In this document: one piece after another, positions 20,629 to 29,397 of the stretch | Layout: each line of letters opens with the position of its first letter | Position numbering within the stretch: the first letter of the stretch is position 1 | Program-made: the position numbers and the translations under genes | From: an uncultured Microthrixaceae bacterium | Lineage (GTDB): Bacteria > Actinomycetota > Acidimicrobiia > Acidimicrobiales > VFJN01 | Assembly (NCBI GenBank): GCA_963846555.1 | Contig: CAWJWI010000004.1 | Coordinates: 1,534,142-1,598,141, forward strand | Length of the DNA: 64,000 bases | Reading direction: 5' to 3' | The notes under the pieces: generated by a model | The model's input: the letters and a program-made list of their open reading frames with translations, nothing else | The model's database searches: none | What the model was told of the DNA's origin: nothing

Positions 20629-22018
20629 CGCCCCGCTCATCGACCTTGCCGTGCCGCGTCGAATCCACGTCACCAACGTGGGCGGGGCGGGCATGAGCGC
20701 GGTGGCCACCCTGCTGGCCCAGATGGGCCACACCGTCACCGGTCACGACCCGGCCGGCTCCACGCCGTTCCTCGGGCCGCTGCAGGCGCTGGGCGTGTCG
20801 GTCACGACCGGCGTCCCGGCTGCCGACCTGCCCCCCGGCACCGAGGCGGTGATCGTGTCCACGGCCACCCCCCGCGATCACCCTGCGGTCGTGGCGGCCT
20901 CCGCCCGCGGGGTACCAGTCCTGCACCGGTCGTCGGCCCTCACCGCTGTCTGCGCGCACAGAGACGTGGCCGCCGTCGCCGGCACCCACGGCAAGACCAC
21001 CACCTCCGCGCTCCTCGCCACCGTCCTGGCCGAGGTCGGCGCGGTCCCGGGCTGGATCGTGGGGGCGGGAGTCCCCGGCTTGGGCGCCAACGCGGCGTGG
21101 GGCGGTGAGGGCCCCCTCGTCGTCGAAGCCGACGAGAGCGACGGCACGTTCCTCGCCCTCGGTGCAGCCCGCGCCATCGTCACGAACGTCGAGCCCGACC
21201 ACCTCGAGCACTGGGGCGGAGAGGCGGCCCTGCGGCAGGCCTTCGTCGACTTCGTCGCCGCCCTGCCCGGACCGGCCGTCCTCTGCCTCGACGACCCAGG
21301 CTCGGCCGCTCTCGTGCCCCACGCCCGCACGCCGGTCACCTATGGCACGGATCCGGCCAGCGACTACCGGCTCGACGCCGTCGTGGCCCAAGGCACCGGG
21401 GTGGCCTTCGAGCTCCACCATGGCGAGGAGAGCGTGGCCGTCACGCTGCCTGCCGCACCGGGCATCCACAACGCCAGGAACGCGGCTGCGGCGCTCGCCC
21501 TGGCCGACTCCCTCGGCGTGCCCCTCGTGGCCGGGGCGGCCGCGCTGGAAGCGTTCCGCGGCGTGGCCCGGCGCTTCGAGGTCCGCGGGGAGGCGGCCGG
21601 GGTGGTCCTCGTCGACAGCTACGACCACCTGCCCACGGAGGTGACGGCCGCCATCACCGCAGCTCGGGCCGGGGGCTGGCGCCGGGTCGTGTGCTGCTTC
21701 CAACCTCATCGGTACAGCCGCACCGAGGCCGTGTGGCGCTCGTTCGCCTCCGCCTTCGAGGGCTCCGACGTGCTCATCGTGACCGACGTGTACGCGGCGG
21801 GGGAGGTGCCCCGCCCCGGCGTCACCGGGAAGCTCGTCGTGGACGCCGTCCTCGACGCCCACCCCCGTCAGCCCGTCGTGTGGCTGCCCACCCTCGACGA
21901 TGTCACGACTTACCTGGCCGCCACGCTCCGAGAGGGCGATCTGTGCCTCACCCTGGGGGCGGGCGACCTCACGACGGTGCCCGACCGCGTGCTGCGCCTC
22001 CTCGAAGGACGCAAGTGA
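20621..22018 (+). CDS. murC: UDP-MurNAc--L-alanine ligase
   Basis: GGAGMS, AGTHGKTTTS, EADESD, TNVEPDHL, GVARRF, FQPHRYSRT, LGAGD. Confidence 0.95.
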   Translation: MADAPLIDLAVPRRIHVTNVGGAGMSAVATLLAQMGHTVTGHDPAGSTPFLGPLQALGVSVTTGVPAADLPPGTEAVIVSTATPRDHPAVVAASARGVPVLHRSSALTAVCAHRDVAAVAGTHGKTTTSALLATVLAEVGAVPGWIVGAGVPGLGANAAWGGEGPLVVEADESDGTFLALGAARAIVTNVEPDHLEHWGGEAALRQAFVDFVAALPGPAVLCLDDPGSAALVPHARTPVTYGTDPASDYRLDAVVAQGTGVAFELHHGEESVAVTLPAAPGIHNARNAAAALALADSLGVPLVAGAAALEAFRGVARRFEVRGEAAGVVLVDSYDHLPTEVTAAITAARAGGWRRVVCCFQPHRYSRTEAVWRSFASAFEGSDVLIVTDVYAAGEVPRPGVTGKLVVDAVLDAHPRQPVVWLPTLDDVTTYLAATLREGDLCLTLGAGDLTTVPDRVLRLLEGRK

Positions 22019-22950
22019 GCGACCAGGCCGTGATCGACGCGGCCGCAGCCCTCCTCGGGCCCCTCGCCGTCCGTGACGCGCCGCTCGGCTCCCGCACCAC
22101 CTACCGGGTGGGCGGCCCCGCCTCGCTCCTCGTCGAGGTGGCGGACGACGCCGCCGTCGCTGCGGTGGCCTCGGCCGTGTCCAGCACCGGGGTGGACGTG
22201 GTGGTCGTGGGGAAGGGCTCGAACCTCCTCGTCGCCGACGCCGGCTTCCCGGGGCTGGCCCTCGTGCTGGGTGAGCCCTTCGCCGGCGTGGAGATCACCG
22301 GTCCGCGCGTGCGAGCCGGGGCCGGGGCCGCACTCCCCGTGGTGGCTCGCCGGAGCGTGGCTGCCGGTCTCACCGGGTTCGAGTGGGCGGTCGGAGTTCC
22401 CGGGTCGATCGGCGGTGCGGTTCGGATGAACGCGGGCGGGCACGGCTCGGACATGGCTGCCTGCCTCGCCGGGGTCCGCGTCGTCGACCTGCGAACCGGG
22501 GAGGATGGGGTCATGCCCGCGTCGGCGCTGCACCTCGGCTACCGCCGCTCCGCCCTCGAGGCCCACCACCTCGTGCTCCACGCCGACCTCGACCTGGCGC
22601 CCGGCGATGCCGACGCCGGGGCAGCCGAGCTGGCCGAGATCGTGGCCTGGCGCCGGGCCAACCAGCCCGGAGGCCCCAACGCGGGCTCGGTGTTCACGAA
22701 CCCCGAGGGCGATTCGGCCGGGCGCCTCATCGATGCAGCCGGGGCCAAGGGCCTCCGGCTGGGCACCGCCGCCGTCTCGGAGAAGCACGGCAACTTCATC
22801 CAGGCCGACGACGGCGGCCGGGCCGACGACGTCCGCGGCCTGATGGACCTCGTGGTCGCCCGGGTTCGCGACGCCACCGGCGTGACCCTCCACCCCGAGA
22901 CCCACCTCGTAGGGTTCGTTCCAGACCCTCGACCTGAGGTCGAGGGTTGA
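22015..22950 (+). CDS. murB: UDP-N-acetylenolpyruvoylglucosamine reductase
   Basis: TTYRVGGPA, GKGSNLL, GVPGSIGGAVRMNAG, NAGSVFTNP, SEKHGNF. Confidence 0.95.
   Translation: MSDQAVIDAAAALLGPLAVRDAPLGSRTTYRVGGPASLLVEVADDAAVAAVASAVSSTGVDVVVVGKGSNLLVADAGFPGLALVLGEPFAGVEITGPRVRAGAGAALPVVARRSVAAGLTGFEWAVGVPGSIGGAVRMNAGGHGSDMAACLAGVRVVDLRTGEDGVMPASALHLGYRRSALEAHHLVLHADLDLAPGDADAGAAELAEIVAWRRANQPGGPNAGSVFTNPEGDSAGRLIDAAGAKGLRLGTAAVSEKHGNFIQADDGGRADDVRGLMDLVVARVRDATGVTLHPETHLVGFVPDPRPEVEG
22925..22947. promoter_or_regulatory. Perfect 23-bp palindrome immediately upstream of ftsQ (candidate regulator site)
   Basis: ACCCTCGACCT-G-AGGTCGAGGGT. Confidence 0.45.
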
Positions 22951-22954
22951 GGCG

Positions 22955-23755
22955 ATGAGCACCACGTCGACGCCCACCATGGAGCCGGCCGCCCCCGCGC
23001 CCATCGACCCTCGTATCCGGGCCCGCCGCATCGAGGTGCGTCGCGACGCCGGGCGCCGGCGCCTCCAGCGCCTCGTCGACGTCGGCGCCGTGCTGATGGT
23101 GGCCGCCGTGTTCGTGGGGGCGCTGTGGACGCCGCTCCTCGACGTCGACGAGGTGACCATCACAGGGGGCGAGCGCACCGGCGCCGACGCCATCGCCGAG
23201 GCGATGGGCGTGCAGGCCGGCGACCCCCTCATCAGCGTCGACCTCTCCGACGCTGGCGACCGGGTGGCCGCGCTTCCCTGGGTGGCCGAGGTGCGGCTGC
23301 GCCGAGGCCTGGACGGCCTCGTCTCGATCGAGGTCAGCGAGCGCACGCCGGTCGCTGTCGTCGGGTCCGGCGCGCCCGTCGTCGTGGACGCCGAGGGCCG
23401 TGTCCTCGGGGCCCAGGCCGAGGCCGGCCTGACCGGCCCCCTGCTCGCCCTTCGCGGCGCCAGCTCCGTGCCTGCTCCCGGCGAGTACCTGCCCGCCAGT
23501 GCCGATGACGCCCTCGCCCTCGCCGCCCACCTGGCCCGCGCCGCTCCAGAAGCCCTCACTTCCCTGGCCCTCGAGGGCCTGACCGGCACGCTGGCCGTCG
23601 GCGGTGAGGTGCGCTTCGGGGACGGCCGCCAGCTCGACGCGAAGGTGCGCTCGCTGCGGGCCGCCCTCGAGCAGGTGGACCTGACCTGCCTGGCCGTGCT
23701 CGACCTGCGCCTGCCGGGCAGTCCGGTATTGACCCGGGAGGAAGGGTGCTCGTAG
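22955..23755 (+). CDS. ftsQ: Cell division protein FtsQ/DivIB
   Basis: Basic N-terminus, TM helix, POTRA-like region ([11 protein letters not shown]...VSERTP), C-terminal DLRLPGSPV; directly before ftsZ. Confidence 0.85.
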   Translation: MSTTSTPTMEPAAPAPIDPRIRARRIEVRRDAGRRRLQRLVDVGAVLMVAAVFVGALWTPLLDVDEVTITGGERTGADAIAEAMGVQAGDPLISVDLSDAGDRVAALPWVAEVRLRRGLDGLVSIEVSERTPVAVVGSGAPVVVDAEGRVLGAQAEAGLTGPLLALRGASSVPAPGEYLPASADDALALAAHLARAAPEALTSLALEGLTGTLAVGGEVRFGDGRQLDAKVRSLRAALEQVDLTCLAVLDLRLPGSPVLTREEGCS

Positions 23756-23759
23756 CCTT

Positions 23760-23811
23760 CTCCACCCAAGCAAGAGGTGGAGCCCTGTCTCTACCTCGAC
23801 TCGACCTTCAG
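23760..23811. promoter_or_regulatory. Palindromic site(s) in the ftsZ promoter region
   Basis: CTCCACC-N9-GGTGGAG at 23760-23782 and a related half-conserved copy CTCTACC-TCGACTCGA-CCTTCAG at 23789-23811. Confidence 0.45.
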
Positions 23812-23882
23812 GCCGGGCCCCACCGTGGCGCCCGGCCTCTCGCGCTTCTAGTCGTGCACCCCTCGTGGAGGTAACCCCACCC

Positions 23883-24956
23883 ATGGTCGGCAACCCGCAG
23901 AACTACCTGGCGGTCATCAAGGTCGTCGGCATCGGGGGCGGTGGCGTGAACGCGGTGAACCGCATGATCGACGCCGGCCTCAAGGGCGTCGAGTTCATCG
24001 CCATCAACACCGACGCGCAGGCGCTGCTCATGAGCGACGCCGACGTGAAGCTCGACATCGGTCGTGAGCTGACCCGAGGCCTCGGCGCCGGATCCGACCC
24101 AGAGGTGGGCCGGCAGGCGGCCGAGGAGCACCGCGAGGAGATCGAGGAGGTGCTCAAGGGCGCCGACATGGTCTTCATCACCGCGGGCAAGGGCGGTGGC
24201 ACGGGCACCGGCGGTGCGCCCGTCGTGGCCGAGATGGCCAAGAGCCTCGGAGCTCTCACCATCGGCGTGGTCACCCGTCCGTTCGCCTTCGAGGGTCGGC
24301 GGCGCTCGGTCCAGGCCGAGCAGGGCATCCAGCGCCTCAAGGAGAAGGTCGACACCCTCATCGTCATCCCGAACGACCGGCTCATCACCGTGTCGAACGA
24401 CAAGACGTCGATGCTGAACGCGTTCAAGATGGCCGACGAGGTGCTCCTCCAGGGCGTCCAGGGCATCACCGACCTCATCACCACCCCCGGCCTGATCAAC
24501 ACCGACTTCGCCGACGTGAAGATGATCATGAGCAACGCCGGTTCCGCCCTGATGGGCATCGGCTACGCCAGCGGAGAGGGCCGGGCCCTCAACGCCGCCC
24601 GGGGCGCCATCTCCAGCCCGCTGCTCGAGGCCTCCATCGAGGGAGCACGGGGCATCCTGCTCACCATCGCCGGTGGCAGCGACCTCGGCCTCTACGAGGT
24701 CAACGAGGCAGCCGAGGTCATCCACGGCGTGGCCCACCCCGACGCCAACATCATCTTCGGCACGGTCATCGACGACGACATGGGCGATGAGGTTCGCGTC
24801 ACCGTCATCGCGGCCGGGTTCGACCGATGGGACGACAAGAAGCCCGGTGGCGGTCGCACGAGCGTCGACACCTCGAGCGTGTTCGGCGACGACGCCGACG
24901 ACGACCTCGACATCGAGGGCGACGACGACTTCGACGTCCCGTCGTTCCTCAAGTAG
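23883..24956 (+). CDS. ftsZ: Cell division protein FtsZ
   Basis: [41 protein letters not shown]-terminal DVPSFLK; GGAGG RBS upstream. Confidence 0.99.
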   Translation: MVGNPQNYLAVIKVVGIGGGGVNAVNRMIDAGLKGVEFIAINTDAQALLMSDADVKLDIGRELTRGLGAGSDPEVGRQAAEEHREEIEEVLKGADMVFITAGKGGGTGTGGAPVVAEMAKSLGALTIGVVTRPFAFEGRRRSVQAEQGIQRLKEKVDTLIVIPNDRLITVSNDKTSMLNAFKMADEVLLQGVQGITDLITTPGLINTDFADVKMIMSNAGSALMGIGYASGEGRALNAARGAISSPLLEASIEGARGILLTIAGGSDLGLYEVNEAAEVIHGVAHPDANIIFGTVIDDDMGDEVRVTVIAAGFDRWDDKKPGGGRTSVDTSSVFGDDADDDLDIEGDDDFDVPSFLK

Positions 24957-25606
24957 CCGTCGACGCCGCCCCCACCTTCGCCTGGACGAGCCGGGCCGAC
25001 GGCGACCTGTCCGGCCCGCTCCCGTCCGTTCCCGACTCGGTGCTGCCCCACGCGCCGCGCCCGTGGACGACCCTGCACCAGGTGCACGGTCGCGACGTCG
25101 TGGTCGTGACCCGTCCGGGCGAGCACGCCGGGGCCGAGGCCGACGCGGCTGTGACCGCCACCCCGGGCTGCGCCCTCGCCGTGCGCACAGCGGACTGCGC
25201 CCCGATCGTCTTGCTGGGCACCCGTTCGGTCGGCGTGGTGCACGCAGGCTGGCGCGGCCTCCGAGCCGGCGTCATAGAGGCCGCTGTGGACGCCCTGAGG
25301 GCGCTGGACGACCACGTGGTGGCGGCCCACCTCGGGCCGTGCATCCGGGCCGGGTGCTACGAGTTCGCCGGTCCTGAGCGCGGCGAGCTCGTAGCCCGGT
25401 TCGGCCCCGACGCCGCGGCCACCACCGGGTGGGGCACCCCGGCGCTCGATCTCGCGGCGGCGGCCACCGTCGCCTTGGCCGAAGCCGGCGTGTCGTCGGT
25501 CGAGGACGGTGCCGGCTGCACGGCGTGCGACCGGCGTTGGTTCAGCCACCGGGCCCGGGCCGAGCCCGGGCGCTTCGCCACGGTCGCATGGGTCCCCGGC
25601 CCGTGA
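24957..25606 (+). CDS. pgeF: PgeF/YfiH (polyphenol oxidase-like) family protein; start codon not evident
   Basis: QVHG, EADAAVT, RTADCAPI, VHAGWRG, GPCIRAGCYE, CTAC, FSHR; canonical position after ftsZ. Confidence 0.85.
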
Positions 25607-26280
25607 GCCCCACCCCCGACGAGCTGGCCCGGGCTGCGGACCGGGTGCGCGACCGAATCGTGGCGGCCGGCGGAGATCCCGCGACGGTCCGATTGCTCGC
25701 GGTGAGCAAGGGCCATCCCGCCGCGACGGCGGCCGCAGCCGTGGAAGCCGGCCTGGTGGACTTGGGGGAGAGCCGTGTGCAGGAGCTCGACGCCAAGGCC
25801 GACGCTCTCGCCGACCTCGACGTGCACCCCCGCTGGCACCTCATCGGCCGCCTGCAGCGCAACAAGGTCCGCCAGGCCGCCCCTCACGTGCACCTCTGGC
25901 AGTCGGTCGACCGCCTCTCGCTGGCCGCCGAGGTCGCGGCCCGGGCCCCCGGGGCTGCTGTGCTCGTGCAGGTGAACCTGACCGGGTCCGAGCAGCAGGG
26001 CGGGTGCCCGTCGGCGCGCGTGCCCGCCGTCGTCGCCGGCTGCACCGATCTCGGGCTCGAGGTGCGAGGCCTCATGGCCATCGGTGTCCTCGGACCCGAC
26101 GCCGAGGTCCGGGCCGGGTTCCGCGTCGTGCGGGAGCTGGCCGACCGTCTCGGCCTGCCTGAGCGATCCATGGGCATGAGCGGCGACCTCGAGGCCGCCG
26201 TGGCCGAGGGCTCGACGATGGTGCGGGTGGGTACGGCGCTCTTCGGTCCCCGTGGCGAAGCGTCGCCCGTGGGAAACTAG
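25603..26280 (+). CDS. yggS: Pyridoxal phosphate homeostasis protein
   Basis: LAVSK, GESRVQE, WHLIGRLQRNK, SMGMSGD, GSTMVRVGTALFG. Confidence 0.95.
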   Translation: MSPTPDELARAADRVRDRIVAAGGDPATVRLLAVSKGHPAATAAAAVEAGLVDLGESRVQELDAKADALADLDVHPRWHLIGRLQRNKVRQAAPHVHLWQSVDRLSLAAEVAARAPGAAVLVQVNLTGSEQQGGCPSARVPAVVAGCTDLGLEVRGLMAIGVLGPDAEVRAGFRVVRELADRLGLPERSMGMSGDLEAAVAEGSTMVRVGTALFGPRGEASPVGN

Positions 26281-26306
26281 GGTTCGACGTCTCAGGAGGA
26301 GATCGG

Positions 26307-26882
26307 ATGACTTCCATGTTGCGTCGGGCGATGCTGTACCTCGGGCTCGGACCAGATGACGAGTACGACGAGTACGACACCGTCGACGAGCCGCGGTCGG
26401 CACCCGTCCGCTCTGCTCCTCAGCAGGCCAGCCGCTACCCGGCCACGCCCGCCCCCTCTCGCGAGTACGAGCGAGAGCCCGAGCCCGGGCCGAGCAGCTC
26501 GGTCCGCACCATCGGCGGGCAGCCCGTCCGACCCCAGCCCTCCGGCGACGGCGGCGATCCGTCGGCCCGTCCTCGCACCGCTGTGGTGCGGCCGCTGCAG
26601 CCGGTCGCGTCGGCCAAGCCGCACGTCGTGGCGCCCACCTCGTTCAACCACGCCCAGGAGGTGGCGGACAAGCTCAAGGTGAGCCAGCCCGTCATCGTCA
26701 ACCTGCAGAACGTCGACCGCGACCTGTCCCGTCGCATCATCGACTTCGCCTCGGGCCTCTGCTACGGCATCGGGGGCCAGATGGAGCGGGTGGCGAACCA
26801 GGTCTTCCTGCTCACGCCCACCAACGTCGAGGTGTCGGCCGAGGAGCGCCGCCGCCTCCAGGAGCACGGCTACGAAGGCTGA
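26307..26882 (+). CDS. sepF: Cell division protein SepF
   Basis: RRAMLYLGL amphipathic N-terminus; PVIVNL, RRIIDFASGL, VFLLTP. Confidence 0.95.
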   Translation: MTSMLRRAMLYLGLGPDDEYDEYDTVDEPRSAPVRSAPQQASRYPATPAPSREYEREPEPGPSSSVRTIGGQPVRPQPSGDGGDPSARPRTAVVRPLQPVASAKPHVVAPTSFNHAQEVADKLKVSQPVIVNLQNVDRDLSRRIIDFASGLCYGIGGQMERVANQVFLLTPTNVEVSAEERRRLQEHGYEG

Positions 26883-27131
26883 TTGCGCTCCTTGGACCTG
26901 ATCTGCACCCTCCTCAACATCTACCTGCTCCTCATCTTCGCCCGGATCCTCTTCTCCTGGATCAGGGTCGAGCCGGGCACCGCCGTGGCCAGCATCTACT
27001 CGGTGGTGTTCAACCTCACCGAGCCCGTGCTCGGCCCGCTGCGCCAGCTCATCCCGCCCGTGCGGATGGGCATGGCCGCCCTCGACCTGTCGCCGATCAT
27101 CCTGCTCGTCGTCATCCGCCTCATCTGCTGA
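26883..27131 (+). CDS. YggT family membrane protein
   Basis: RILFSW, LTEPVLGPLRQLIPP, LDLSPII; position after sepF. Confidence 0.9.
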   Translation: MRSLDLICTLLNIYLLLIFARILFSWIRVEPGTAVASIYSVVFNLTEPVLGPLRQLIPPVRMGMAALDLSPIILLVVIRLIC

Positions 27132-27186
27132 GCGGAGCGCGCCCCGCTCCCAAGAGCCACCCGCGGCGGTGGCTACCATCGGCTCC

Positions 27187-28131
27187 ATGGACGTGACACC
27201 GCAGCTCCTGCACGACGTCGAGTTCCGCGAGGCCAAGCGAGGCGGGTACAACACGCAGGACGTCGACGACTTCCTCGAGCGCTTGGCGGTCGGCCTCGAG
27301 CGCCAGGACGCCGCGGTGAAGGAGGCCCGGAGTCGAATCGAGGCGGCCGAGGCGCGCGTCGCCGAGGCCGAACGCCGGGCGGCCTTGGCCGAGGAGCGGG
27401 CGTCGGAGACGACCGACTCCGACGAGACGCTCAAGCGCACCCTCGTGCTGGCCCAGCGGACCGCCGACGCCGCCATCCGCGAGGCCGAGGAGCAGGCGGC
27501 CAAGACGCTGAGCAGCGCCCAGGACCAAGCGGCCCGCCTCCTCGCCGACGCCCAGGAGTCCTCGGTTCGGGCCCGGTCCGATGCCGAGGAGGAGGCCCGT
27601 CGCGCCCAGAAGGAGGCCCGGGCCATGGTCCAGGCCGAGATGCACGAGCTCGAGGCGGCGCGCGACCAGCTCCACGACGACGTCGACGTGCTCGAGCGCC
27701 ACCTCGAGGAGCAGCGCGACCGCCTCCGTCACACGGTTCGCGAGCTGCAGCTGCTGCTGGACGACCCATCTGCCCTCCGCCACGTGGAGCTTCCCGTCGT
27801 CAGCGGCGTCCGGGCTCCTGAGATGGAGGCCGACCCCATGGACATGTGGACCGACGACGAGGAGGAGGAGGTGGAGGAGCCTGTGCGACCGACTCCTCCG
27901 CGCTCCCCGGCCTACGCCGACCTTCCCGAGGACGCCATCGACGAGGGCCCGCCGACGGAGGCTGTCGATGTCCTGGCCGAGCGCGACGCAGGCGACGACG
28001 CGTACCTGGCCGAGCTGCGCAAGGCGATGACCGATGACACGCCCCTCGGCCCGCGTGACGACGAAGCCGGCGACGCCCTCTTCGAGGAAGCGGTGGAGAC
28101 CGGGCGTTCTCGCTTCGGCCGGCGGCGCTGA
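27187..28131 (+). CDS. divIVA: DivIVA/Wag31 domain protein
   Basis: TPQLLHDVEFREAKRGGYNTQDVDDFLERL N-terminal domain, long coiled coil with LVLAQRTAD; TACCAT 7 nt before the ATG. Confidence 0.88.
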   Translation: MDVTPQLLHDVEFREAKRGGYNTQDVDDFLERLAVGLERQDAAVKEARSRIEAAEARVAEAERRAALAEERASETTDSDETLKRTLVLAQRTADAAIREAEEQAAKTLSSAQDQAARLLADAQESSVRARSDAEEEARRAQKEARAMVQAEMHELEAARDQLHDDVDVLERHLEEQRDRLRHTVRELQLLLDDPSALRHVELPVVSGVRAPEMEADPMDMWTDDEEEEVEEPVRPTPPRSPAYADLPEDAIDEGPPTEAVDVLAERDAGDDAYLAELRKAMTDDTPLGPRDDEAGDALFEEAVETGRSRFGRRR

Positions 28132-28242
28132 CGCCCGGTCCGATCCCGGTCAAACCGCCACGTTCTGACCATTCGACTCCGGGTCGCGCCAGGTGCCTAG
28201 GATGGCCGCTCCTGTCGACCTCCCCTCAAAGGTGACTATCTC

Positions 28243-29364
28243 GTGCTCGTGTTGTTGAGCTTCGCTCTCGTCCTCGTGGCAACGGTCCTGCTGGTGCTCG
28301 GGCTGTTGAACGATGATGGCCTCACCCTCATCTACCTATCGATCGCCAGCAGCGTCGCCGCAGCCGTCGTGCTGCTGGTAGCCCTGCGCCTCAACAAGCC
28401 GAAGGCCGAGCACCGCGCTTCGGGTCCTTCGCCCCTTCCCGACCGGCTCGAGCCCGTCACCGCTGGCGGCGACGCCGATGGCACGGAGGAGGAGACCAGC
28501 GAGTGGCTGGCCTCCGAGCAGGAGAGCTGGCCCGCCGATGTCGCCGATGGCGAAGAGGTCGAGTTCCCGATCGCCGACTACGACACGCTCACAGTCGGGC
28601 AGATCCTGCCGCTCCTGCCGCAGCTCTATGCGGACGAGATCGGCGTGGTCGAGGAGCGCGAGCGCCTCACCAAGGCCCGGCCCCAGGTCCTGGCCAAGCT
28701 GGCCGAGCTGTCCACGAGCCCCGAGGTCACCGCCGCGGCCGCCGCGCCGGCAGAGCCCGCCGGCGCGTCCAGCGCCTCGGACCCGTTGGCCAGCTACACC
28801 GAGACCTCCGCCCCGGCGTGGGACGACGATGACGACTGGTTCCCCATCGAGGACTACGAGTCGCTCTCGGCCGCCCAGATCCGACCGCTGCTCCCCGAGC
28901 TCGACGACGAGGAGCTCGAGCTCGTCCGCACCCGCGAGATGTCGCTGGGCCGTCGCCGCAGCCTGCTCGACGAGATCGAGCGCCGCCTCGGCAAGACCGA
29001 GCCGGCCGCCGCGCCATCTGCGGCCAGCAGCCGCAGGAGTGCGACCACCCGTTCGACCGGCGCGAAGTCCACTCCCAGCAAGCGCTCGGCTCCGGCCAAG
29101 AAGACCACCGCCGGCAAGAAGGCCGCTCCGGCCAAGAAGACCGCGGGCTCGGCCCGGTCTGCGGCCACCAAGAAGGCTGCTCCGGCCAAGAAGTCGGCGG
29201 CGGCCGCGAAGGCTGCTCCGGCCAAGAAGACGGCGGCCAAGAAGTCGGCTCCGGCCAAGAAGACCGCAGCCAAGAAGGCCACTCCGGCGAAGAAGACGGC
29301 GGCCAAGAAGTCGGCTCCGGCCAAGAAGGCCACACCGGCCAAGAAGGCCACCAAGAAGCGCTGA
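28243..29364 (+). CDS. Hypothetical membrane-anchored protein with two internal helical repeats and a Lys/Ala-rich histone-H1-like tail
   Basis: Intact 373-aa ORF; two N-terminal TM helices; repeats FPIADYDTL... and FPIEDYESL...; PAKK/AAKK tail. Confidence 0.85.
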   Translation: MLVLLSFALVLVATVLLVLGLLNDDGLTLIYLSIASSVAAAVVLLVALRLNKPKAEHRASGPSPLPDRLEPVTAGGDADGTEEETSEWLASEQESWPADVADGEEVEFPIADYDTLTVGQILPLLPQLYADEIGVVEERERLTKARPQVLAKLAELSTSPEVTAAAAAPAEPAGASSASDPLASYTETSAPAWDDDDDWFPIEDYESLSAAQIRPLLPELDDEELELVRTREMSLGRRRSLLDEIERRLGKTEPAAAPSAASSRRSATTRSTGAKSTPSKRSAPAKKTTAGKKAAPAKKTAGSARSAATKKAAPAKKSAAAAKAAPAKKTAAKKSAPAKKTAAKKATPAKKTAAKKSAPAKKATPAKKATKKR

Positions 29365-29368
29365 GCTC

Positions 29369-29393
29369 CGGTGGGCCCCGCAGGGGCCCACCG
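29369..29393. terminator. Hairpin between convergent genes (probable bidirectional terminator)
   Basis: CGGTGGGCCCC-GCA-GGGGCCCACCG, perfect 11-bp stem between two stop codons. Confidence 0.7.
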
Positions 29394-29397
29394 ACCC

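Noticed and set aside
24957-25040. Missing start codon of pgeF as evidence of ftsZ read-through or non-canonical initiation
   Set aside because: The pgeF frame differs from the ftsZ frame. A sequencing error or a downstream GTG start is equally plausible, and this cannot be resolved from the sequence alone.
29080-29361. GCCAAGAAG-rich DNA repeats (also 32640-32850) as a non-coding array
   Set aside because: They are in frame and vary at synonymous positions, so they are protein-level AKK repeats.
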